Virus record (IMG/VR): IMGVR_UViG_2531839486_000015
From: a virus
Taxonomy: Duplodnaviria > Heunggongvirae > Uroviricota > Caudoviricetes
DNA length: 13,044 bases
Direction: 5' to 3' (one strand)
The position numbers were made by a program, and so were the translations under genes. Shown here one piece after another: positions 5,232 through 13,044 of this stretch (the stretch's first letter is position 1; the number at the start of each line of letters is the position of its first letter). Under the pieces are notes generated by a model, which was not told the origin of the DNA, did no database searches, and was given only the letters and a program-made list of their open reading frames with translations.

Positions 5232-8200
5232 TAACAACCTGCGTCTGCAGGTCATTCTTAATGCGGTTGACAAGCTCACCCGCCCATTTCGATCTGCGCA
5301 GGCCAGTTCAAGAGAACTGGCTGCTGCTGTCAAAAAATCCCGCGATGCAATAAAGCAGCTTGATCAGGCCGGGAGCAGTCTGGACAGCTTCCGAAAGCTG
5401 CAGGCAGAAAATCAGAAATTAGGCGACAGGCTGAACTATGCCCGCCAGCGTGCAAATTTGCTCAGTCAGGAACTGGGTGCGATGGGGCCGCCTTCGCAAC
5501 GTCAGGTTGTTGCTCTGGGCCGTCAACGGCTGGCTGTTCAGCGCCTGGAAGAACGCCAGAAAAAGCTGCAGCAGCAGACGGCGCTTGTGCGTGCTGAACT
5601 GTACCGGGCGGGAATTTCTGCGAAAGACGATGCGGGAGCAACTGCCCGTTTAGCCCGTGAAACATCACGTTATAACCAGGAACTTTCGAAACAGGAGGCG
5701 CGGCTGAAGCGACTGGGGGAAGCTCAGCGCAGGATGAATGCAGCGCGTGTCAGTTATGCCCGTTCGCTGGAGGTGCGTGATCGTATTGCAGGTGCCGGAG
5801 CCACCACCACGGCTGCAGGGCTGGCAATGGGCGCACCAGTGATGGCGGCAGTAAAAAGCTATACCAGCATGGAAGATGCCATGAAAGGTGTGGCAAAGCA
5901 GGTCAATGGTCTGCGTGACGATAATGGCAACCGCACTGCACGTTTTTATGAAATGCAGGATGCCATCAAGGCTGCCAGCGAACAGTTGCCGATGGAAAAC
6001 GGTGCGGTGGATTTCGCTGCACTGGTTGAAGGTGGTGCGCGCATGAACGTCGCAAACCCTGACGACAGTTGGGAAGATCAGAAACGTGACCTGCTGGCCT
6101 TCGCCAGTACGGCAGCAAAGGCGGCAACAGCCTTTGAGCTGCCAGCGGATGAACTGTCAGAAAGTCTGGGGAAAATCGCCCAGCTCTACAAAATCCCCAC
6201 CCGCAATATTGAACAGCTCGGTGATGCGCTGAACTATCTGGATGATAACGCCATGTCGAAAGGGGCAGACATCATTGATGTGATGCAACGTCTGGGCGGT
6301 GTGGCTGACCGTCTGGATTATCGTAAAGCGGCGGCGCTGGGTTCCACCTTCCTGACACTGGGCGCTGCGCCAGAGGTTGCAGCCAGTGCAGCAAACGCGA
6401 TGGTGCGTGAATTGTCCATTGCCACCATGCAAAGCAAAAGTTTCTTTGAAGGGATGAATCTGCTGAAACTCAATCCTGAAGTGATTGAAAAGCAGATGAC
6501 GAAGGATGCGATGGGAACCATCCAGCGCGTGCTGGAGAAGGTAAACGCGCTGCCGCAGGACAAGCGCCTGTCTGCCATGACTATGTTGTTTGGTAAAGAG
6601 TTTGGCGATGACGCGGCGAAACTGGCAAACAACCTGCCGGAACTGCAGCGTCAGTTAAAACTGACAGCGGGCAATGATGCGCTCGGCTCCATGCAGAAAG
6701 AATCCGACATTAACAAGGATTCACTTTCTGCGCAGTGGTTGCTGGTCAAAACCGGAGCGCAGAACACCTTCAGCAGCCTGGGCGAAACGCTGCGCCAGCC
6801 GCTGATGGATATTCTGTACACGGTGAAAAGCGTCACGGGGGCGTTGCGTCGCTGGGTGGAAGCTAACCCGGAACTGACAGGCACACTGATGAAAGCATCG
6901 GCTGTTGTGGCTGCGGTTACCGTCGGCCTCGGCACCTTAGCGGTGGCGCTGGCTGCAGTGCTGGGGCCGCTGGCAGTGATCCGTCTGGGATTCTCTGTGT
7001 TGGGTATCAAAACGTTATCTTCCGTTACGGCAGCAGTAACTCGAACCAGCAGCGCGTTGTCCTGGCTGGCTGGCGCGCCACTGGCACTGCTGCGACGCGG
7101 GCTTGCTTCATCGGGCAACGCCGCAGGGTTACTTACTGCGCCGTTGTCGTCTTTGCGCCGCACGGCATCACTGACGGGAAATGTCCTGAAAACTGTAGCA
7201 GGTGCGCCGGTTGCACTTTTGCGGTCTGGATTATCCGGTTTACGTGCTGTTGCTGTGATGTTTATGAATCCTCTGGCGGTACTGCGCGGTGGACTGGCCG
7301 CCGCAGGCACGGTGCTGCGAGTACTGGCATCTGGTCCACTGGCGATGCTGCGCGTTGCCCTGTATGCCATATCTGGTCTGTTAGGTGCTCTGCTCAGTCC
7401 GATAGGTCTTGTGGTTACTGCACTGGCGGGCGTGGCGCTGGTTGTCTGGAAATACTGGCAACCCATCACCGCATTTCTCGGTGGCGTGGTGGAAGGATTC
7501 AAAGCGGCGGCAGGTCCCATCAGTGCAGCGTTCGAACCGCTTAAGCCCGTGTTCCAGTGGATTGGCGACAAAGTGCAGGCGCTGTGGGGCTGGTTTACTG
7601 ATCTGCTGACGCCCGTTAAGTCGACCTCTGCCGAACTGCAGAGCGCAGCGGCAATGGGGCGACGATTCGGGGAGGCACTGGCGGAAGGGCTGAATATGGT
7701 CATGCATCCGCTGGACTCCCTGAAATCCGGCGTTTCCTGGTTGCTGGATAAACTCGGCATTGTCAGTAAAGAGGCTGCAAAGGCGAAACTGCCGGAAAGC
7801 GTGACGCGTCAGCAACCTGCGACGGTGAATGCAGACGGTAAAGTGATGATGCCATCGGGTGGTTTTCCGTCATGGGGATATGGCTTTGCGGGGATGTATG
7901 ACAGCGGCGGCTATATCCCGCGCGGGCAGTTCGGCATTGTCGGTGAAAACGGGCCGGAAATTGTCAACGGTCCGGCAAACGTGACCAGCCGGAGAAATAC
8001 CGCTGCACTGGCTGCGGTTGTCGCCGGAATGATGGGAGTTGCTGCCGCGCCAGCAGAGCTTCCACCGTTGCATCCTTTGGCGCTTCCCGCGAAAGGCGGT
8101 GAAGCGATGGTGAGTCGCGTAGCTGCTGTGCCGCCCGTTCACCGGATTGAGGCACCGACGCAGATCATCATCCAGACGCAGCCAGGACAAAGTGCGCAGG

Positions 8201-8301
8201 ATATTGCGCGGGAGGTGGCCCGCCAGCTTGATGAACGTGAACGCAGGCTGAAGGCAAAAGCCAGGAGTAACTACAGCGATCAGGGGGGATACGACGCATG
8301 A
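5224..8301 (+). CDS. T: Tail tape measure protein (P2 gpT-like)
   Basis: 1025 aa; coiled-coil-rich N-terminal third, a central hydrophobic region with tandem ~22-aa repeats, and its position after E/E'. Confidence 0.9.
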   Translation: MSDNNLRLQVILNAVDKLTRPFRSAQASSRELAAAVKKSRDAIKQLDQAGSSLDSFRKLQAENQKLGDRLNYARQRANLLSQELGAMGPPSQRQVVALGRQRLAVQRLEERQKKLQQQTALVRAELYRAGISAKDDAGATARLARETSRYNQELSKQEARLKRLGEAQRRMNAARVSYARSLEVRDRIAGAGATTTAAGLAMGAPVMAAVKSYTSMEDAMKGVAKQVNGLRDDNGNRTARFYEMQDAIKAASEQLPMENGAVDFAALVEGGARMNVANPDDSWEDQKRDLLAFASTAAKAATAFELPADELSESLGKIAQLYKIPTRNIEQLGDALNYLDDNAMSKGADIIDVMQRLGGVADRLDYRKAAALGSTFLTLGAAPEVAASAANAMVRELSIATMQSKSFFEGMNLLKLNPEVIEKQMTKDAMGTIQRVLEKVNALPQDKRLSAMTMLFGKEFGDDAAKLANNLPELQRQLKLTAGNDALGSMQKESDINKDSLSAQWLLVKTGAQNTFSSLGETLRQPLMDILYTVKSVTGALRRWVEANPELTGTLMKASAVVAAVTVGLGTLAVALAAVLGPLAVIRLGFSVLGIKTLSSVTAAVTRTSSALSWLAGAPLALLRRGLASSGNAAGLLTAPLSSLRRTASLTGNVLKTVAGAPVALLRSGLSGLRAVAVMFMNPLAVLRGGLAAAGTVLRVLASGPLAMLRVALYAISGLLGALLSPIGLVVTALAGVALVVWKYWQPITAFLGGVVEGFKAAAGPISAAFEPLKPVFQWIGDKVQALWGWFTDLLTPVKSTSAELQSAAAMGRRFGEALAEGLNMVMHPLDSLKSGVSWLLDKLGIVSKEAAKAKLPESVTRQQPATVNADGKVMMPSGGFPSWGYGFAGMYDSGGYIPRGQFGIVGENGPEIVNGPANVTSRRNTAALAAVVAGMMGVAAAPAELPPLHPLALPAKGGEAMVSRVAAVPPVHRIEAPTQIIIQTQPGQSAQDIAREVARQLDERERRLKAKARSNYSDQGGYDA

Positions 8302-8783
8302 TGATGGTGCTGGGATTGTACGTGTTTATGCTGCGCACCGTTCCGTATCAGGAACTGCAGTATCAACGCAGCTGGCGACATGCGGCAAACAGTCGGGTAA
8401 ACCGACGTCCGTCCACGCAGTTTCTGGGACCGGAAAACGACATGCTGACGCTTTCCGGTGTTCTTATGCCGGAAATAACAGGCGGCAGGCTGTCGTTGCT
8501 GGCACTGGAGCAGATGGCAGAACAGGGGAAAGCATGGCCCCTGATTGAAGGCAGCGGCACGATTTACGGCATGTATGTGATTGAGGGACTGAATCAGACT
8601 AAAACGGAGTTTTTCCGCGACGGTATGCCGCGCCGGATTGAGTTCACCCTGTCGCTAAAACGCGTGGATGAATCCCTGCCCGATATGTTCGGTGATCTCA
8701 GTGCGCAACTGAATAATCTGCAGGGAACGGCAACATCTGCCTTAAGCGATATCAGTAAAACGGTGGGAGGGCTGCTGTCGTGA
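8298..8783 (+). CDS. U: Tail protein gpU-like
   Basis: 161 aa; ATGA start/stop overlap with T; position and size match P2 U. Confidence 0.8.
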   Translation: MMMVLGLYVFMLRTVPYQELQYQRSWRHAANSRVNRRPSTQFLGPENDMLTLSGVLMPEITGGRLSLLALEQMAEQGKAWPLIEGSGTIYGMYVIEGLNQTKTEFFRDGMPRRIEFTLSLKRVDESLPDMFGDLSAQLNNLQGTATSALSDISKTVGGLLS

Positions 8784-9880
8784 ATTTCAGCTCTGAACTG
8801 CTTAACAAAGGCAACAAAACTCCGGCATTCAGCATCAGTATTGAAGGCAGGGATATCACCACTGTGCTGGACAACCGCCTGATGGGGCTGACGCTGACGG
8901 ATAACCGGGGCTTTGAAGCGGACCAGCTTGATCTGGAGCTGGACGACGCCGATGGAAAAATCGTGCTGCCGCGCCGTGGTGCGGTCATTACGCTGGCGCT
9001 GGGCTGGAAGGGGCAGCCGCTTTTCCCGAAAGGGGCATTCACGGTGGACGAGATTGAACACACTGGCGCACCGGACCGCCTGACTATCCGGGCGCGAAGT
9101 GCTGATTTTCGTGAAACGCTGAATACCCGTCGTGAAAAGTCGTGGCACAAGACCACTGTCGGGGAAGTGGTGAAGGAAATAGCCGCGCGTCATAAGCTGA
9201 AGATGGCACTGGGTAAAGACCTGTCGGATAAGCCCGTGGAGCATATAGACCAGACTAATGAGAGTGACGGCAGTTTTCTGATGCGGCTGGCGCGCCAGTA
9301 CGGTGCCATCGCGTCGGTGAAAAATGGCAATCTGTTATTCATCCGGCAGGGACAGGGCAAAAGCGCCAGCGGTAAACCACTGCCGGTGATCTCAATCACA
9401 CGTAAGGACGGCGACAGTCACCGCTTTACCCTGGCAGATCGCGGAGCCTACACGGGCGTAATTGCCAGTTGGTTGCATACCCGCGAACCCGCGAAGAAAG
9501 AAAGCACCACGGTGAAGCGTAAGCGCAGGACTAAGAAGCAGAAGAAAGAGCCGGAAGCGAAGCAGGGCGATTACCTGGGGGGTACGGATGAAAACGTGCT
9601 GGTACTTAATCGCACTTATGCCAACCGGAGCAACGCCGAACGGGCAGCGAAAATGCAGTGGGAACGCCTGCAACGCGGCGTTGCATCATTCTCGCTACAA
9701 CTGGCGGAAGGGCGGGCAGATCTCTACACAGAAATGCCTGTGAAGGTCAGTGGCTTTAAACAGCCGATAGATGATGCGGAATGGACCATTACGACTCTGA
9801 CGCATACCGTCAGCCCCGATAACGGTTTTACAACCAGTCTGGAGCTTGAAGTGAGGATTGATGATTTCGAAATGGAATGA
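8780..9880 (+). CDS. D: Tail protein gpD-like (late gene D)
   Basis: 366 aa; GTG start overlapping the U stop, with GGGAGG Shine-Dalgarno 9 nt upstream; position before ogr as in P2. Confidence 0.8.
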   Translation: MNFSSELLNKGNKTPAFSISIEGRDITTVLDNRLMGLTLTDNRGFEADQLDLELDDADGKIVLPRRGAVITLALGWKGQPLFPKGAFTVDEIEHTGAPDRLTIRARSADFRETLNTRREKSWHKTTVGEVVKEIAARHKLKMALGKDLSDKPVEHIDQTNESDGSFLMRLARQYGAIASVKNGNLLFIRQGQGKSASGKPLPVISITRKDGDSHRFTLADRGAYTGVIASWLHTREPAKKESTTVKRKRRTKKQKKEPEAKQGDYLGGTDENVLVLNRTYANRSNAERAAKMQWERLQRGVASFSLQLAEGRADLYTEMPVKVSGFKQPIDDAEWTITTLTHTVSPDNGFTTSLELEVRIDDFEME

Positions 9881-9970
9881 TTCTTCGCAATGGAGAACTT
9901 TTAAGTTTGCAAAATGGAATAATGCGGTATCATTATTGTGAATTTAGCAAAAATGGGGAGAACTCGAAAA

Positions 9971-10189
9971 ATGATGATTTGCCCACTGTGTGGAAGTGCC
10001 GCCCATACTCGTAGCAGTTTTCAGGTATCTTCATTGACCAAAGAGCGTTACAACCAGTGCCAGAACATTAACTGCAGCCATACTTTTGTTACCCATGAAA
10101 CTTTTGTTCGTTCGATTGCAACGCCAAAAGAGTCAAATCCGGTTCAGCCGCATCCAATGAAATCAGGACAGGTGGCGCTCTCTCTTTGA
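9971..10189 (+). CDS. ogr: Ogr/Delta-family zinc-finger late transcription activator
   Basis: 72 aa from the ATG at 9971: MMICPLCGSAAHTRS...KERYNQCQNINCSHTF... with C-X2-C...C-X4-C zinc finger. This length matches P2 Ogr; the longer ORF from 9938 adds 11 residues not expected in the family. Confidence 0.85.
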   Translation: MMICPLCGSAAHTRSSFQVSSLTKERYNQCQNINCSHTFVTHETFVRSIATPKESNPVQPHPMKSGQVALSL

Positions 10190-10424
10190 CGCTGCCGCCA
10201 ATTTGTCGCCATCGTTAAAAAACAGCGCTTCTAACATCATGATTTTAAAAGGCATAAATTTCAGGCAACAAAAAACCCATCAACCTTGAACCGAAATGGC
10301 GGGGGTGATGGGCTCCACAAAATGGGGACATCAAAGAAAAGCAGTGGCACTAATTAAGACTGATGCCCTGCGGAAAAGTTCTGCGGTTGTGCAAAAAAAT
10401 TTCATTTTCAGGGCAACTTCAGTT

Positions 10425-12110
10425 TTATCCTAATCCTGGCCATACCATGACGATGATTGTCCCTGCCAGCGTCAGCAGGACGTTGGCGATTGCATAGGTG
10501 CCCGCATAGCCCAGCGCCGGGATGTTACTGCGAGCTGTATCACTGATGATCTCCATTGCCGGCGCGCAGGTACGTGCGCCCATCATTGCGCCGAACAACA
10601 GCGCGCGGTTCATTCGCAATACATAAGCACCGAACAAGAAACAGATAACCACGGGCACCAGACTGACAATCAATCCGGCAATCAACATCTGACCGCCAAT
10701 CGCGCCCAGGCCGTTATTAATACCGCTACCGGCGCTCAGACCAACGCCTGCCATAAACACCATCAAGCCGAACTCTTTCACCATGCTTAATGCACCCTGC
10801 GGAATGTAACCGAAGGTCGGGTGGTTAGCACGCATAAAGCCCAGCATAATTCCGGCGAATAACAACCCGGCAGCGTTCCCCATGCCGAAACTGAATGTGC
10901 TGAACTGGAAGGTGATCATCCCGATCATCAGCCCAATAACAAAGAAGGCGCAAAATGCCAGCAGGTCAGTGACCTGGCTGTGAATCGAGATAAAGCCGAT
11001 GCGATCGGCGATGGTTTTTACGCGACGGGCATCACCGCTGACTTGTAAAACGTCACCTTTGTTAAGCACGACGTTGTCATCTATCGGCATCTCAATCTGG
11101 CTACGAATGACGCGGGTAAGGAAGCAACCGTGATCGGTCAACTTCAGTTGTGCGAGACGTTTACCTACAGCGTTATGGTTTTTAACGACCACTTCTTCAG
11201 TGACGATACGCATGTCGAGAAGGTCACGATCGAAAACTTCTTTACCGTTACGGAAGCTGGGATCGAGTCGGGCATGGGCGTCGGGATAGCCTACCAACGC
11301 TATTTCATCGCCCATTTGTAGCACGGCATCACCGTCTGGATTTGCCAGAATCCCGTTACGTCGAATACGTTCAATGTAGCAGCCGGTTTGTCGATAAATA
11401 CCCAGTTCACGCAGATTTTTGCCGTCGGTCCAGGCCACCAGCTCCGGGCCGACGCGATAGGCGCGGATCACCGGTAAATAAACCTTACGGTTGGCATCAG
11501 TGTCCAGGCCACGTTCGCGGGCGATTTGCTGGGCGCTGGTCTGTAAGTCCTGATGCTGCAATTTCGGCAAGTAACGCGCACCAACAATCAAACTCACCAG
11601 ACCGATTAAATAGGTTAAGGCATACCCGAGGCTCAGATTATCCAGTGCCAGTGAGAGCTGCCTGCTTTCCATGCCGGAATGACGCAGTGTATCGCCAGCA
11701 CCGACCAGAACCGGTGTCGACGTCATAGAGCCTGCTAACATACCGGCCGTCAGGCCAATATCCCAGCCAAACAGCTTACCTAACCCTAAGGCGATCACCA
11801 GCGCACTGCCAACCATCACCAGTGCTAACATTAGGTAATTTTTCCCATCGCGAAAAAAAATGGAAAAAAAGTTCGGTCCGGCTTCAACCCCAACACAGAA
11901 AATAAACAGCATAAAGCCAAGATTAAGCGCATCGGTGTTAATGCTGAAATGTTGTTGGCCTAATAACAGCGATACGACTAAAACGCCAATGGAATTACCC
12001 AGTTGGATCGAACCAAGTCGTAACTTTCCGAGACATAGCCCAAGCGCGAGGACCACAAATAATAACAGAATGTAATTCCCATTTAACAATTCGGCGACGT
12101 TTATATTCAC
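10425..12110 (-). CDS. ybjL: Putative transport protein YbjL (AAE-family transporter with two cytoplasmic TrkA_C domains)
   Basis: 561 aa; [38 protein letters not shown]...; GTG start; recognised as E. coli YbjL. Confidence 0.9.
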   Translation of the reverse strand: MNINVAELLNGNYILLLFVVLALGLCLGKLRLGSIQLGNSIGVLVVSLLLGQQHFSINTDALNLGFMLFIFCVGVEAGPNFFSIFFRDGKNYLMLALVMVGSALVIALGLGKLFGWDIGLTAGMLAGSMTSTPVLVGAGDTLRHSGMESRQLSLALDNLSLGYALTYLIGLVSLIVGARYLPKLQHQDLQTSAQQIARERGLDTDANRKVYLPVIRAYRVGPELVAWTDGKNLRELGIYRQTGCYIERIRRNGILANPDGDAVLQMGDEIALVGYPDAHARLDPSFRNGKEVFDRDLLDMRIVTEEVVVKNHNAVGKRLAQLKLTDHGCFLTRVIRSQIEMPIDDNVVLNKGDVLQVSGDARRVKTIADRIGFISIHSQVTDLLAFCAFFVIGLMIGMITFQFSTFSFGMGNAAGLLFAGIMLGFMRANHPTFGYIPQGALSMVKEFGLMVFMAGVGLSAGSGINNGLGAIGGQMLIAGLIVSLVPVVICFLFGAYVLRMNRALLFGAMMGARTCAPAMEIISDTARSNIPALGYAGTYAIANVLLTLAGTIIVMVWPGLG

Positions 12111-12379
12111 GGAGGCTAACTTCTTGTTTACTAGTAAGCTGTTGAAAGAAATGGTAATTTACGATAATGTTTTTTACCAGAATTCAGGGCGCAGATTCAT
12201 TCAGCGCACCTAAACGATAGTAAAGTAACAATATATTTTACTAGTGTAATCACATTAGGTATCAACGGCTATATGAATTGCGTTGGCCTATATTAGCATG
12301 GAATGCGAAGCGGCTTTATCTTACTGAACGCCACACTGGCGAAAAATGTGTTCGATAGACGCAGTGTCAGGAGGAACGA

Positions 12380-12757
12380 GTGAAACATAAACAACGTTGG
12401 GCGGGGGCAATCTGCTGTTTTGTCCTCTTCATTGTGGTGTGCCTTTTTCTGGCGACGCACATGAAAGGCGCTTTTCGGGCTGCCGGGCATCCTGAAATCG
12501 GCTTGCTATTTTTCATTCTTCCTGGAGCAGTCGCCAGCTTCTTTTCACAGCGTAGAGAAGTCCTGAAACCTCTGTTTGGCGCAATGCTGGCGGCACCCTG
12601 TTCGATGCTCATTATGCGGCTGTTTTTTTCACCGACGCGCTCATTCTGGCAAGAGCTGGCATGGTTATTAAGTGCGGTGTTCTGGTGTGCGCTGGGGGCA
12701 CTGTGTTTCTTATTTATCAGTAGTTTGTTTAAACCACAGCACAGAAAAAATCAGTAA
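12380..12757 (+). CDS. ybjM: Inner membrane protein YbjM
   Basis: 125 aa hydrophobic protein; GTG start with AGGAGG Shine-Dalgarno at 12368-12373; lies between ybjL and grxA as in the E. coli K-12 order. Confidence 0.8.
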   Translation: MKHKQRWAGAICCFVLFIVVCLFLATHMKGAFRAAGHPEIGLLFFILPGAVASFFSQRREVLKPLFGAMLAAPCSMLIMRLFFSPTRSFWQELAWLLSAVFWCALGALCFLFISSLFKPQHRKNQ

Positions 12758-12777
12758 AGCCCTCAACGCGAGGGCTT
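12757..12777. terminator. Hairpin between convergent ybjM and grxA (stem aagccctc / gagggctt, 5-nt loop); T-run on the minus-strand side, likely the grxA terminator
   Basis: Perfect 8-bp inverted repeat at 12757-12764 / 12770-12777. The minus-strand transcript would read a hairpin followed by UUUUUUCUG (complement of 12741-12750). Confidence 0.45.
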
Positions 12778-12786
12778 GTCAGACGA

Positions 12787-13044
12787 TCAGGCGTCCAGAT
12801 TTTCTTTCACCCATGCAGCAAAATCGGTATAGCCGCCGATATGTTGCTGATCGACAAAAATCTGCGGCACGGTTTCTACGGGTTTACCTGCCTTTTGTTG
12901 TAGATCTTCTTTAGTGATCCCTTCCGCACGAATATCTACATAGTGATACTGAAAATCATCGTGTTCATTGCTCAATTTCTCAGCCAGATCTTTTGCACGC
13001 ACACAGTAAGGGCAACCCGGACGACCAAAAATAACGGTTTGCAT
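12787..13044 (-). CDS. grxA: Glutaredoxin 1
   Basis: 85 aa; MQTVIFGRPGCPYCVRAKDLAEKL... with CPYC active site; complete within the window (start codon at complement 13042-13044). Confidence 0.92.
   Translation of the reverse strand: MQTVIFGRPGCPYCVRAKDLAEKLSNEHDDFQYHYVDIRAEGITKEDLQQKAGKPVETVPQIFVDQQHIGGYTDFAAWVKENLDA

Larger units (their letters stand above)
1..10300. mobile_element. P2-family prophage, tail/late-gene end (invertible tail-fibre cassette, invertase, FI-FII-E-T-U-D-ogr); left boundary outside window, right boundary approximate (somewhere in 10190-10424)
   Basis: Contiguous, co-oriented gene order FI, FII, E/E', T, U, D, ogr matches the P2 late operon, ending just before host gene ybjL. 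The boundary is inferred only from where recognisable phage genes stop. Confidence 0.75.

Noticed and set aside
6651-7760. 369-aa ORF on the minus strand inside the tape measure gene
   Set aside because: It is entirely antisense to a well-supported GC-rich gene. The translation is low-complexity (Ser/Ala/Pro/Arg-rich) with no recognisable domain and no start context, as is typical of spurious antisense ORFs.
8594-9244. 216-aa minus-strand ORF spanning the U-D junction (also 8752-9156, 134 aa)
   Set aside because: Antisense to two co-directional phage genes with coupled start/stop. Arg/Ser-rich translation without motifs.
9938-9970. Upstream ATG (9938) as the ogr start, giving an 83-aa product
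   Set aside because: Ogr/Delta-family proteins begin immediately before the first CxxC. The ATG at 9971 gives a 72-aa product matching the family size, so the 11-residue extension is probably not translated.
10190-10424. tRNA gene or recognisable attachment core at the prophage end
   Set aside because: No cloverleaf-like arrangement or conserved tRNA motifs (for example a GTTC T-loop context with matching acceptor stem) were recognisable by eye. It remains possible but is unsupported.
10296-10433. 45-codon plus-strand ORF (MAGVMGST...) in the ogr-ybjL gap, overlapping the ybjL 3' end
   Set aside because: No Shine-Dalgarno, no recognisable motif, and it is below the size at which an ORF alone is evidence. 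More likely chance in the attachment-site region.
12127-12246. Short direct repeat tttactagt(a/g) at about 12127 and 12237 in the ybjL-ybjM divergent promoter region
   Set aside because: Only 9-10 bp in an AT-rich intergenic region, so it cannot be distinguished from chance without a motif model or conservation data.
1-13044. CRISPR array or other regularly spaced short repeats
   Set aside because: No repeat-spacer periodicity was seen anywhere in the window. The only notable periodicity is the coding repeat inside the tape measure gene.

Overview
This window holds the right-hand (late/tail) end of a P2-family prophage, followed by E. coli-type core genes. From the left: an invertible tail-fibre cassette (two convergent pairs of a tail-fibre C-terminal domain plus a tail-fibre assembly chaperone) bounded by inverted 26-bp Hin/Gin-type crossover sites, then a Gin/Pin/Hin/Cin-family serine invertase gene. 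Next comes the P2-type late operon: FI (sheath), FII (tube), E and E+E' (frameshift chaperone), T (tape measure), U, D, and ogr (zinc-finger late activator), with a TGT-N12-ACA Ogr-type site upstream of FI. The prophage ends somewhere in 10190-10424, followed by host genes ybjL (-), ybjM (+) and grxA (-). The most unusual observation is that the crossover sites sit at the inner edge of an at least 306-bp near-perfect inverted repeat (1-306 vs 2253-2558, one mismatch), so the left flank is an inverted duplicate of the invertase 5' end and leader, cut by the window edge. As a result, neither tail-fibre cassette is fused to a constant tail-fibre N-terminal domain within this window. No CRISPR array, rRNA or tRNA was recognised. 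All calls rest on reading the six-frame translations and the sequence by eye; no database search or computation was run.
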